Part shown: piece by piece, positions 12,583 to 24,351 of the stretch | Position numbering within the stretch: the stretch's first letter is position 1 | How the letters are laid out: every line of letters begins with the position of its first letter | NCBI RefSeq assembly: GCF_004010195.1 | Contig: NC_057718.1 | Span: 48,920,290-48,984,289 of the forward strand | Source: Chiloscyllium plagiosum | Taxonomy: Eukaryota | Length of the DNA: 64,000 bases | Direction: 5' to 3' | Made by a program: the position numbers and the translations under genes | Notes under the pieces: generated by a model | The model's input: only the letters and a program-made list of their open reading frames with translations | What the model was told of the DNA's origin: nothing | The model's database searches: none

Positions 12583-13045
12583 TTTGATGATGCTGCTCCT
12601 TTAACAAGGTTATGCTGTCCTTGGTATTTTTTTCACAGAGGTCATAAAAGCAGCGATTCCAAAAGGTCTAGGTTTGAAGGGTTGTAGGGTCAATTTGATT
12701 ATAGCTAACAGATATTGCCTCAGGCAAAAGACTTCCAAATTTAAAAAAAAACTTGTACAATGAAAGGAGAGTGGCCAGTTCTCCCAGCTCAGCTTTGCTT
12801 TGGTTTGGCTTTAGCAGCCTGGCTGTTCACGAGAAGCAGTAGGTGAGTTGTGAAGCTGCTGGACCCAAAGAAGCAGGTCCATGCTGATCCTCCCCCTCTC
12901 TGACATTGCTCCTGTGAGAACCTGTGTTGGATTTTTCCTTTTTGTTGCAAAGGGGTGTTTATGGGGATTGTTGCAAGTATTTAGAACAGTGTCATTAAAT
13001 TGGGATAATCAGTTGGGTTTACAGATGAGTTAAGTTATTCATACC
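12583..13045 (+). mobile_element. Truncated LTR-like fragment
   Basis: Start (tgatgatgctgctcctttaacaagg) and ggtgtttatggggatt segment resemble the LTR at 18319-18938 but are clearly diverged. Confidence 0.5.
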
Positions 13046-13257
13046 ATTAAACTGAAAACATTTAAAAAGCACATTAAAGGATGGGGGTAAATTAATTCAA
13101 TCCAGTCAAGTGCCCACTTTACATTCTTTCCCCAATAATGATCTTCAATATCAAATGCATTAGCTCTAATAAATATCTTTCATTAGTGCAACATCATCAT
13201 TTAGAATTCATTACTATCCTTCAAACAAATTCTGATTTTGCATTTGTGAAAAGTTAC

Positions 13258-13309
13258 TTGGAAAGGTTGTTCTTGCACTTTTGATGATGAAAATTAGTTG
13301 AAACTTGCC
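13258..13309 (-). CDS. Weak candidate exon (RQVSTNFHHQKCKNNLS)
   Basis: atttag acceptor and gtaact donor. Phase 1 to 2 bridges the 19699-19781 and 5622-5673 candidates. Confidence 0.25.
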
Positions 13310-14115
13310 CTAAATTGCATATGGATGAGGACGTGTGAATGAGCACAAAATCCCTAATGCCATGCCCAGAAATATCACTCAACGAGGAACAAGTAGGTGG
13401 CATAATATCATGTCTGTTTCAGAGGGTATTTGTATTGTACTCCTGCCAACAATATAACTGAAGCACCAATTTCATTGTAGAAATTACCAAAATAGAAGTC
13501 AAAATAACCCTCCCTTAACGACAGAGTAATTATTTGTGTAGACATAAGCAGCATTGTCTTCAGTTCTACAACTTGAGAAAAATATCGAAGCCAACCTTTT
13601 TCGCACAGTGAGTGCTAATAATCTGGAATGAACAGCATGAAAGGCTGGTGATGGCAGAATCAATTATTATTTCCAAAGGGGAATTGGGTATGCACCTATT
13701 GGGAGAAATAAAAATCCTCAGGTGGTAAGGGGAAAGGAGATCTCATTGATGATAGAAAGATAGTTTACCACAGGGTAAAAAGGAAACTCATGAGGGGGAA
13801 AGAGAAGTAAAAACAGCTCAGGTGTTATCACTACAATGAAGTAGGCCATATGAAGTCGCAGTGTTGGGTGGTTTAAAAAAAGCACTGAGAAGATGGATGT
13901 GGGAAAACAGGATAAGCCAGTGAGTTTCATTGAAGTAGTAAAGGAAAGCACAGAGGAAGCGAAAACGCTGCAACGCAATGTACAACCTGGTCAGGAATTG
14001 GTTGAGAAGAAAGTGCCAGATCTCTGTAAAGAATTCACTTGCGAGACCAAGGTTTACTCATATATGCCAGGGGAAGGAGATAAAGAAGTTATAAGTTTCA
14101 GAGACACAAGAGCAT

Positions 14116-14169
14116 CCAGGACCACACCCTCGACTCAGTTCTCCAGCATCTGCAGTCCTCACTTTTTCC
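14116..14169 (+). mobile_element. 54-bp Penelope terminal fragment inserted at the Gypsy protease motif
   Basis: Near-TSD gagacacaagagcat (14101-14115) and gagatacaggagcat (14170-14184). Insert ctccagcatctgcagtcctcacttt matches about 10985-11010. Confidence 0.75.
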
Positions 14170-17100
14170 GAGATACAGGAGCATGTCAATTTTTGAACAT
14201 GAGGGATGAGGAGATATGTAGTTCACAAAGACTACTGCGAGAAAGGGTTGAATTTGTTATGAGAAGAGTGGTGTTCCATTATATAAAGTAGTGGATTGGA
14301 AGAGAAATTCTTGTTTTCAGGAATCCAATTTATCTTTGGTAATAATATAGCTGGATCACAGGTGGGTGTGATGCCTCCTGAGGTTGAAAAGCCAGTGGAA
14401 AATCAGGCGGCTCAGGTATTACAGGAAGTATATCCTGGATTTTTCCTGACTCTCTGGTAATAAGGCCAAAAAGTCAGAGGTTGAAACAGGTGGAGAAATC
14501 AAAGAGTAAGGATTAGGAAGTTGAAGTTCATTTGTCAGAGACTATGTTTGATCAAATGGTTGAGAAAAATACAAGAACAGTTGGAGGACAAAGTGGATAT
14601 TTTTAGTTCAGAGGAGTTAACTGAATTACAACAGAAAGATGAAAAACTAAAGCAGTTGAATAAAAAAGCGTACACAGAAGTAGAATCTGAGTGTATCCCA
14701 GAATGTTACTATTTTAAAATATGACGTCTTGATGAGGAAATGGAGACGATCCCATATTAAAATGGATGAGAAATGGGCAGAAGTTCATCAAGTTGAATTA
14801 CCAGTGGGTTATAGAAAGGAGGTGTTACTGGTAGCACATGCTTATCAGTCGGAGGTCATTTGGGTGTTTGTTCAAGTCAAAATACAAAAACATTTTTCGT
14901 GGCCTAGAGTGCATGATGATGATTGCTGGATATGTCATACACGTCAGGTATTTGGAAAATCACAAGCTGCGATAAAACTGACACCCTTAATAACCATTAA
15001 TGCATTTGAAGCACCTATTACAAGGGTCATAATTGTTTGGGTGGGATCCCTTCCTAAAACAAGAAAATGGGAATCAGTATTAGTTGAACGTAATGGATGC
15101 CTCAGATTTCCACGGGCTATTACATTACACAGTATCACAGCTAAAAGATTGTAGAAGAGTTGTTCAAATTTTTCACTAGATATGGACTACCCACAGAGAT
15201 ACAATCAGATAAAGGGTCAAATTTTACATCAAAATTATTCAAGAAGTTACGGATAGTTTAGGAATAAAACAATTCAAATCCACTGCATTCCATCCAGAAT
15301 CGCAGGGAGCATTAGAACAGTGACATCAAACTTTAAAGACTATGTTAAGGGTTTATATTCAAGACTATCCAGAGAATTGGAATAAAGAAATTCCATTTGT
15401 ACTATTTGCAATTATGGACGCACCAAATGAATCTATGAACTCCAGTCCATTTTAATTAGTGTTTGGGCATGAGGTGAGAGGGCCACTGAAAATAATTAAG
15501 GAAAAATTGGTGAGTCAGAATTCAGAGACTACACATTTGAACTTTGAACAAATTTTAAGGAAAGATGAATAGAGTGGGTGAGTTGGCTAGACAGCATTTA
15601 AAGGTAGCACAGCATATGATCAAACAAGAAACCAACAAGACAATGAAAATTCACAATTTTGATCGTGGAAATAAAGTATCAGTGTTCCTTCCATGGGTAG
15701 GTGAACCTTTTAAAACAAGATTTAGTGAGCCTTACCAAATCAAAAGTAAATTGACTGAGGTGAATTATTTGCTAAAAAAGCCAGATAGAAAGAGGCTTCA
15801 TTCGCATGACACTTCAGAGTGTGTCATGCGAATATGCTCCGAAGGGAATTTGATAAGGAAGGAAAGTAAAAGAAGAATGTATTACTTGTTACAATACAGA
15901 GTGAAGAACCAAGTTTAAATGATTCTGAACTGGACATTCCTCGAATTAAACTGGACAATGAAGAAGTTCTTAAAAATTAGGATAAATTACTGAGTTAACT
16001 TCTAGAGAAAATTGAAATGACTTGAAAGAATTATTACAATCACATGGGGAGATATGTGGCAATTAGCTGGGAAGTGCTAATCTAATTAAGCATGATTTAG
16101 ATATAGGAAATACTGTTGCAATTAAGCCACGTTCTTGTAGACTTAACCCTCTAAAGTTGGTACAGGTTCAAGAAGAGATTGGATGCATGCTCAAGGACAA
16201 CATAATTGAAGCAACTGGAGCTCACCCAAAATAATGGTGACAAAGCCAAATGGTAACCCATGATTATCTGTGGACTATCGTAAAGTCAATGCAGTTACAA
16301 AATCTAATTTGTATCCAATTCTACTTTTGGAAGTCTGTATTGAGAAAGTGGGTCAGGCAACTTATATTTCTAAGTTGGACGTGGTCAAAGGATACTGGAA
16401 AGTACCTTTATCTGAATGAGTGAAGACAATTTTGGCTTTCCTGACATTGAATGGACTGTGTCAATTTAAAGGAATGCCATTTGGAGTGAAAAATGTGCCA
16501 GCCACATTTCAAAGTCTAACCAATAAAGTTATTTCTGGATTATCCAATTATGTGGTGTACATTGATGACCTGATGATTTTTAGTTATGCATGAAAGGAGC
16601 ATTTATTGGAATTGTTTGATTGTCTTCGGGAGCAGGCCTGGTGATAAACCTGGCTACGAGTGAGTTTGCAAAAGCCCAAGTTATATTCCTGGGCCATATC
16701 ATTTTGCATGGACAGATGGTCCCATGGGATGTGAAAACAAAGGCTATTGGGAAGTTTCCCATACAGATGAAATGAGAGGTGTTATGAATCCTGGGATTGA
16801 GTGTTTTTTACCAGAAGAAGCTTATACCAAATTGATGCAGTGTGATTACTCTACTGACTGACTTTTTGAACAAGTGCAGAAAATTTCGATGGAAGGAAGA
16901 CTGTGAGAAGACATTTAACAGCCTAAAAGCTGTGTTAACCTCTACCCTAGTGTTAGCCACATCTAATTACACAAAACCATTCAAGGTGGCTATCGATGCG
17001 AATGATGTGGGTATCAGTGCTGCACTCTTGTAAGAAGATGAGAAAAAGATAGAAAGATCAATTGGATATTTTTCTAGAGAATTGAATAATCATCAACAGA

Positions 17101-17503
17101 AATATTCTATGATTGAGAAGGAGATCTTGAGCTTAATATTGTTATTACAACACTGTAGACAACTGTCTATACTGATCATAACCTCTTAAAGTTTTAGGAG
17201 AAATTTAAGGACAAAAATTCCAGACTGTTTATTATTGCAGCCATTCAATTTTAAAATTATACACATACTCAAGATGGGAGAACATGACTGCCAGTGCACT
17301 GTCATGACTTTGTACACCACACAATTGGATAATCCAGAAATAACTTTATTGATTAGCCTTTGAAATGTGGCTGACACATTTTTTGCAACAAATGTCATGA
17401 CTTTAAATTGATATAGTCAATTCAATGTCGTGAATTCCAAAATTGCCTTTTCTCTTTCAGATAAAGGTACCGAATAAGTCCAAATTAGAAATATAAGTTG
17501 CTT

Positions 17504-17937
17504 GAACATAGAACATAGAACAATACAGCACAGAACAGGCCCTTCGGCCCACGATGTTGTGCCGAACATTTATCCTAGCTTAAGCACCCATCCATGTACC
17601 TATCCAACTGCCGCTTAAAGGTCACCAATGATTCTGACTCTGCCACTCCCACAGGCAGTGCATTCCATGCCCAATGAGAAAAGGCCTAGCACTCTCAACC
17701 TATCCTCGTACGACCTATTCTCCATTCCAGGCAACATCCTGGTAAATCTTCTCAGCACCCTCTCCAAAGCTTCCACATCTTTCCTTAAGTGAGGCAACCA
17801 GAACTGCACACAGTACTCCAAATGTGGCCTTACCAAGGTCCTGTACAGCTGCAACATCACTTCACGACTCTTGAATTCAATTCCTCTGTTAATGAACGCT
17901 AATACACCATAGGCCTTCTTACAAGCTCTATCCACCT
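17504..17937 (-). mobile_element. CR1 LINE 3' fragment nested in the Gypsy region
   Basis: ORF 17615..17935 has LVRPHLEYCVQFW. The tail reads (aacatag)n on the plus strand. Confidence 0.92.
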
Positions 17938-18318
17938 CACCTTCTCAATACAGTCTTCCAAAAGTGGAATAGGATACAAATCAGATTTTGTAACTGCATT
18001 GACTTTACGATAATCCACACATAATCATTGGTTACCAACTGGTTTTGACCCCATTGTTATGGGTAAGTTCCAGTTGCTACAATTATGTTGTCCTTGAGCA
18101 TGCATTCAATTTTTTCTTGATGAAGAAAGATGAAAGTGTTTGGTGACAGAAAAGAAATAGCTGAAATAGACTGTAGTAGTTAATGTTTGCTTGCTTAAAG
18201 TCAATGTAATGTATATATTTTGTAGTGTACTAATAGAGTAAGGCTAAGGATTTCTAAATATGAAGCCATCTTTGTACTTTGATGGTTTTTTGTTTTAATG
18301 CGGGAGGTTGGGGGAAGG

Positions 18319-18938
18319 TGTGACAATACTGTGGCTTTAAGAGGTGTGTTTTGTCCAAGTTTCTTTGGAGGAAGATTAGGAGACAAGCACTGAGCAGTCT
18401 ATGAGAAGATAAAATTGTGAAGCCTTGGATATTGTTTTGAAACTTGGAACAACAGAAACAGGCTGAGTTGGTGTGGTCATGCTGCCCCCCACCAGACCCG
18501 GGGATTTTTAGGTTTTTCGTTTCTCCAGCAGCAGTTGCTGTTAGGGTCTTGATGAAGTGAACGCTATTTTCCCCTTTCTCAATTACAGCCGAAAGCTGAG
18601 GGGGTTCGCTTCCTGGGGGCTGCTAGATTGTGTGTGAGACAAACCTGTTTTCTGGATTTGCGTTTTGCCAAGGGTGTATTTATGGGACATTACTATAGTG
18701 GAACAATTAATTAATAATATTGTTGTTATTATTGTTAAGTTTTTCAATAGAGTTGTTATTCCAAGTTCTTCTTTCCTTTGTTGTATTTTAACTATCGTAT
18801 TTGAAGAAATTGCATTTTGCTTAATGTGGAATAGGCGGACCAATCTAATTAGATCTGGAACACTTTAAAATAAAACAAATGCTAGGGTCTAGGCTACCTT
18901 CTTAATATATTTTGAGCGGGGCTGGTCTAGTCCATAAC
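18319..18938 (+). mobile_element. 3' LTR of the Gypsy element
   Basis: Begins TGTGACA directly after the PPT and ends ccataac. Both ends match the solo LTR at 42640-43286. Confidence 0.8.
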
Positions 18939-19149
18939 TAAGGCCCAATATCTTATCAAACCAACCCAATTAATTACCCCCACCATCCATTGCATCCCTC
19001 ATGTCCGATTTCTGCCCAATTGTGCCATGCAATTTCCCACAACAACTCACTACTTAGTGGCTATCTGCCAAAAGATCGCCATCCCTTACACTTGTGCCAT
19101 CGTTACAATGCGGTGGTGCACCCAGATAAGCATTATCATTCTAAATCTG

Positions 19150-19337
19150 CCCTACTCATGGAAAGCGACTGACCAAGATGGAAACCCCGGTCATACATTC
19201 AGATCCTGTGTGGATCAGTTGATGAGCATCTTTAACCTCTCCTTTACTACGTTCTGAAATCACCACCTCCTTCAAAAAGACCACCATCGTCACAGTGCCA
19301 AACAAATATCGTGCAGCGTGCCTCAATGACTATCGCA
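19150..19337 (+). mobile_element. Rex1/Babar-type LINE fragment
   Basis: CVDQL..IFNLS and FKKTTIVTVP..CLNDYR motifs. Confidence 0.7.
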
Positions 19338-19698
19338 ACAAAGCAGTCTCAGAGTTTTGAAACAAATTTGAGAGCTTTGAAGCCTCAGTCAAGGTAGAAG
19401 GTGTCCCACCTGCACAGATGACGTTGAATGTGAGATTGACATGTTTATGGAAAAAAAACACTTCAATCCTCAGAAAAGGATTATTAGGAAGTTCAAAATC
19501 TCCAAATAACTTATAAAAAACTAGCTGGAGAGGTGAAGATGGGGTGGAGGTGGAAGAGAGATATCATTAATACCAAAGTAGATCATGTTAGTATTTATTG
19601 TGCAGAAATTGTTGATCTGCCTGGATGGAAGGTGGGTACAAGAGAAACTAATCAACAAGCCGTGTCAGCACTGAGCACCTTTTTAACCAAAACATAAC

Positions 19699-19781
19699 GG
19701 ACCAACATGTTGAGCTCCTGATGGACATGGAACATTAGAATAAGCTTGAACAGATCAAACCTCAACACAAATTGTCACTTT
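19699..19781 (-). pseudogene. Weak candidate exon (K*QFVLRFDLFKLILMFHVHQELNMLV)
   Basis: Acceptor gtttttgtttagtag, weak donor gttatg, one internal TGA. Confidence 0.25.
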
Positions 19782-19883
19782 CTACTAAACAAAAACTATT
19801 TCTCAGTAGTTTTAGCAATCAAGCAACACAATGTCACCTTGCTAATCTGAAATCAAGAAGCTTGGAAAAACTTACAAAACCTT

Positions 19884-20128
19884 GGGTGGCACAGTGGCTC
19901 AGTGGTTAGCACTGGTGCCTCACAGCACCAGGATCCCTGGTTCAGTTCTAGCTACAGGTGACTGTCTGTATGGAGTTTGCACATTCTCCCTGTGTCTGTG
20001 TGGGTTTCCTCCCAAAGTCCAAAGATATGCAGGTCAGGTAGTTTGCCCATAGTGTTAGGTGCATTCGTTGGGAGGGTGGGTTGGTTTGGGCTGAAGGGCC
20101 TGTTTCCACACTGGAGGGAATCTAATCT
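19884..20128 (+). mobile_element. HE1-type SINE
   Basis: gggtggcacagtggctcagtggttagcact head, ggagtttgcacattctccc core, aatctaatct tail. Confidence 0.88.
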
Positions 20129-20214
20129 TATACTCAGACAACCAGTGGTCTGACTTAATTAACACAATTTATAAAATAGTGAGAGATATTGATTGAATTA
20201 ATGGTAGTATTTTT

Positions 20215-20528
20215 TTCTCCTAGGTTGGGAGATTTCAAGATTAGGGGGCACATTTTTAAGGTGAAAGGAGAGAGATTTAAAAAAGACATAAGAGGCAAAT
20301 GTTTTACATAGAGGGTGGTTTGCATGTAGAGTGAACTTCCTGAGGAAGTGGTCAGTCCACATACAATTACAACATTTAAAAGACATTTGGATAGATACAT
20401 GAATAGGGAAGGCTTGGAGGGAGACGGGCCAGGAGCAGGCAGGTAGGACTAGTTTAGTTTGGGATTATGTTTGGCATGGACTGGTTGGATCGAAGGGTCT
20501 GTTTCCGTGCTGTATGACTCTATGACTC
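20215..20528 (+). mobile_element. CR1 LINE 3' end
   Basis: tttaaggtgaaaggagagagattt..catttggatagatacatg..tatgactctatgactc tail. Confidence 0.88.
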
Positions 20529-20534
20529 CATAAC

Positions 20535-20662
20535 AGAGAGACATATCAATGGAAGAAAAATCTTCTCTGTTCTAGAAATGTTCAGATTGTGGTGAACAAT
20601 AAGCTGAAGAAAGCGTTCTGCTACAGTTAATGAATGTTGACCTAGTCTTTCAAAATGAAAAC
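20535..20662 (-). CDS. Candidate exon (GFHFERLGQHSLTVAERFLQLIVHHNLNISRTEKIFLPLICLS)
   Basis: Strong acceptor ctctgttctctctttttag and an open phase-1 frame. The donor is uncertain (gttatg, with a CR1 tail 6 bp away). Confidence 0.5.
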
Positions 20663-20865
20663 CTAAAAAGAGAGAACAGAGAGTTTGTTTACGTTTTATT
20701 GACATCGATTCCCTGTGAAATGAACCTGCACATCTACAACAAATAATACACATCTATCAATGAAGACAGACAGCACAATACCAAGTGAAGCCACACAGCA
20801 AGTTGTGATAATTGCATAAGGAATAAATCTATTCATGCTGTATGTTTAACAAACTGTTGTCTAAC

Positions 20866-20928
20866 CATGTAGAGACAATGTATCTGTGTGCACCCTTCTA
20901 CATGTTACCAGAAAAGCATTCCCCTTCA
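20866..20928 (-). CDS. Candidate 63-bp exon (VKGNAFLVTCRRVHTDTLSLH)
   Basis: Strong acceptor ttcttctatttttcttctag, donor G|gttaga, symmetric phase 1-1, open. Confidence 0.5.
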
Positions 20929-21624
20929 CTAGAAGAAAAATAGAAGAATTTGTGCATTTGCATTGATTCCAGACCAGACAGAGAATATATCTTTAAGATA
21001 ATGGCAGACACCATGACATGCGATATCCTTGTATAAAGGTGCCTGCTCACCTTCAGTCAGTCAGTCAGTCATTCTGTCAGTGTGGTGGAGTGAGTGCGGT
21101 GTGTTCAGTCAGTCAGTTATGTTGTCTATAGTAACCATCTTTAAGGACAGGAGCAGGCTATGTATAAATGTTATGATTCTAGGAAATGGTACTACTGAAT
21201 AAGTCGGATCCCAGAAGAAATTTTGGCTTGATAGATCATATGCATATATACAATTTTCTTTTAATTTTAGTTAATGAGGTGGTCTTTAACTGAAACATAG
21301 TCATGTGAGGTTATACGCTTTCTTTATTAACAGAACAGAAGGATATTATTCAAAAGATGAGAAAAGCAAGCTATCGAGAATTTAAATGTAATTTTAAAAA
21401 ATGCTAAAACATGCAGAAAAACAAAATTTTAGACTACTTTCCAACATTCACACTTTACAGTAATTCAAAAAACCAGTAAGAGAATCAAGGGTTATGAGGA
21501 AAAAACATCAAAGTAAAATCAAGAATCATTGAATCATTGAATCAGGGAGCAGAGTCAACGATCTGATTTATCTACTGCTGCTCTTACATTTTATAGTTTA
21601 AAACAAATTTTTACATTCTACTTG

Positions 21625-23043
21625 AAGATACTATTCAAGGAAGGTGGTAAGGAAAAACCAGGGAACTATAGACTGGTGAGCCTGACATCAGTGGTGGGCA
21701 AGTTGTTGGAGCTGAGGGACTGGAATTTCATATATTTGGAAAAGCAAGGACTGATTAAGGACAGTCAACATGGCTTTGTGCATGGGAAATTATGTCTTAT
21801 GAATTTGACTGAAATTCTTTGAAGAAGGAACAAAGGTTGATGAGGACAGAGCTGTGAATGTGATCTATATAGACTTTAGTAAGGTGTTCAATAAGGTTTG
21901 TCATGGTAGACTGATTAGCAAGGTTAGATAACACAGAATACAGGGAGAACTAGCTATTTGCATACAGAACTGGCTCGAAGGGAGAAAACAGAGGGTGGTG
22001 ATGGAGGGTTGCTTTTCAGACTGGAGGTCTGTGATCAATGGTGTGCCACAGGGATTAGTGCTGGATCCACTGCTTTTCATCATTTATATAAATGATTTAG
22101 ATGCGAACATAAGAAGTATGGTTAGTAAGTTTGCAGATGACACCAAAATTAGAGATGTAGTGGACAACGAAGAAGGTTACCTCAGAGTACAATAGAACCT
22201 TGAACACATGGGCCAATGGGCTGAGGTGTGGCAGATGTATTTCAATTTATATAAATGTGAGGAGCTGCATTTTGTAAAGGCAAATCAGGGCAGGACTTAT
22301 ACACTTGGTGGTAAGGTCCTGGAAAGGCTCTTTGCTGAACAAAGAGACCTTGGAGTGCAGGTTCATAGTTCCTTGAAAGTGGAGTCGTGGGTAGATAACT
22401 AGGGAAGATGGTGTTTAATATGTTTGTCTTTATTGGTGAGTGCATTGAGTATAGGAGTTGGGAGGTAATATTGTGGTTGTACAGGACATTGGTTAGGCCA
22501 CTATTGGAATACTGCGTGCAATTCTGGTCTCCCTGCTATAAGAAGGATGTTGTGAAACTTGAAAAGGTTCAGAGAAGATTGACAAGGATGTTGCCAGGGT
22601 TGGAGAATTTGAGCTATTGGGAGAGGCTGAATAGGCTGGGGCTGTTTTCTCTGGAGATTTGGAGGCTGAGGGGTGACCTTATTGAGAGTTATAAAATCAT
22701 GAGCGGCATGGATAGAGTAAATAGACAAGGTCTTTTCCCTGGAGTGAGGGAGTCCAAAACTGGGGGATATAGGTTTAAGAGGAGAAGGGAAAGATTTAAA
22801 AGGGACTGAAGGGGCAACTTTTTCATGCAGAGCATGATGTGTGAATGGAATGATCTTCCAGAGGATGTGGTGGACACTGGTACAATTACAACATTTAAAG
22901 GCATTTGGATGGGTATATGAATAGGAAGCATTTAGATGGATAGTGCTGGCAAATGGGACTAGATTTACTTAGGATATCTGGTCAGCATGGACAATTGGAG
23001 CGAAAGGTCTGCTTCTGTGCTGTGATTCTCTATAATTCTATGA
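21625..23043 (+). mobile_element. CR1 LINE, about 1.4 kb of ORF2 RT and 3' end, decayed
   Basis: PGNYRLVSLTSVVGK, SQHGF, GVPQG..INDLD, KFADDTK and EYCVQFWSP motifs, followed by an attctat tail. Confidence 0.93.
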
Positions 23044-23963
23044 TTTCACTTCATTGATTCTCCACAGTTTCTGCCCTGTGGACTGTAGAGTCTTCTTACT
23101 TGAGTACTGAGAGATCAAGAGGTTAGCTTTTCTCAGCTTCTATTAACCTGCAGGTTTCTCGCCAAATACTATGAGTTTGGGAATTGTACAAAACCAACTT
23201 TTCCACTGAGATAACTTATTTCCTTACTTGGTCTGAAAAATCTCCTTTATTGGAGAGAGACTATATTCGTTTCTTAAATCTCTTCTAAGCAGCCCTGAAA
23301 ACACTTAATTGTCTAAACTGAAACTAATCCTGAATTGTTTTACACTAAAAACATATTAATAGATAGAATGCTTACTCTACCTGTAATAAATCACCACATC
23401 AAAGACATGTTTCCATTATTTCTTTAGGATTACCCTGCTACCTAATGCATGCAGGTTTAGGACACTGATCCAGAACATCTAGTCTTTAAAAACAACTCTT
23501 CACAGAAGTAACTATGCCAGTATTTTAGAGTCCACACTTTAAAAATGATGTTAACAGATTTGTAAACCACATTTATTTCATCATAACATGTCTGAAGTAT
23601 CAAAACAGTGTAAATAGTGTTGTTAAGAACTTCAACAAACCTGTCTCAACAAAAACACAGTTTTGGTAGTGTATAAGCGAACATACAAGTCAAGACTCAG
23701 GCCATATCAGACTGGTGGTGGTATATGACCCATAAAACTACACCAGGAAGGTGCCTCAGCATCTTGTACCAAGAAGTCTCAAGGATTAATTATTTTCTCA
23801 GCAGTACCAATGACTAAATCCTGCTTTGCGATGAAAATTTACTCAAAGTCTGTCTACATAAACGGCCCTTCTTATATCCGCCATAACATACTGCGTGCAC
23901 AGGCTCAGAAACGGTCAACCCCATGAAGAATCTTTTATAAGCAGATTTCAAAATCCACAATAC

Positions 23964-24068
23964 CTGTGCCAGTGCTTGGGAAGAGCTGAGCACATGACAA
24001 TGTGTCATCAAGAAGTTTTCTTTCTTAAGTGCTTTTTCTTTCAGCAGTGTCTAAATACTGTGAAGGAT
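23964..24068 (-). pseudogene. Candidate 105-bp exon with in-frame TAA (YPSQYLDTAERKST*ERKLLDDTLSCAQLFPSTGT)
   Basis: Strong acceptor ctcttctctttcgttcccttcctctag, donor CAG|gtattg, phase 1-1. TAA at 24025-24027. Confidence 0.5.
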
Positions 24069-24294
24069 CTAGAGGAAGGGAACGAAAGAGAAGAGTTGAC
24101 ATGACACTGAGAGGCTGCACATTAGTAGGTGACTGTCTTCAGACTGCAACCTGAAGTTGTAGGTTTGCTTAATAGTTGCTGAAGTTGATAAAGTAATGCC
24201 ACACACTCACCCGAGATAAACGTCCCTGCTGCTCAGACTTTGCCTGATCACTAATTTCCGGGGTTTCTTTTTGCTTTGCTTGGATAAGACTTAC

Positions 24295-24351
24295 AATAAT
24301 GGATAATCATCCTCTGTTTTAGCTCTCCTTTTCTTGATATGTTATCTTGTC
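24295..24351 (-). CDS. Candidate 57-bp exon (QDNISRKGELKQRMIIHY)
   Basis: Acceptor tccttctcttactacag and donor gtaagt. Only the phase 1-1 frame is open. Confidence 0.55.

Larger units (their letters stand above)
13715..18318 (+). mobile_element. Decayed Gmr1-like Gypsy LTR retrotransposon internal region (gag-PR-INT-RT-RNaseH)
   Basis: Degenerate zinc knuckle CYHYNEVGHMKSQC near 13825, RDTGA near 14170, integrase EIQSDKGSNFTS and FHPESQG at 15190-15310, RT VDYRKVN and YIDD at 16558, RNase H PFKVAIDA near 16980, PPT gggggaagg at 18310-18318. Many stops and frameshifts. Confidence 0.88.
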
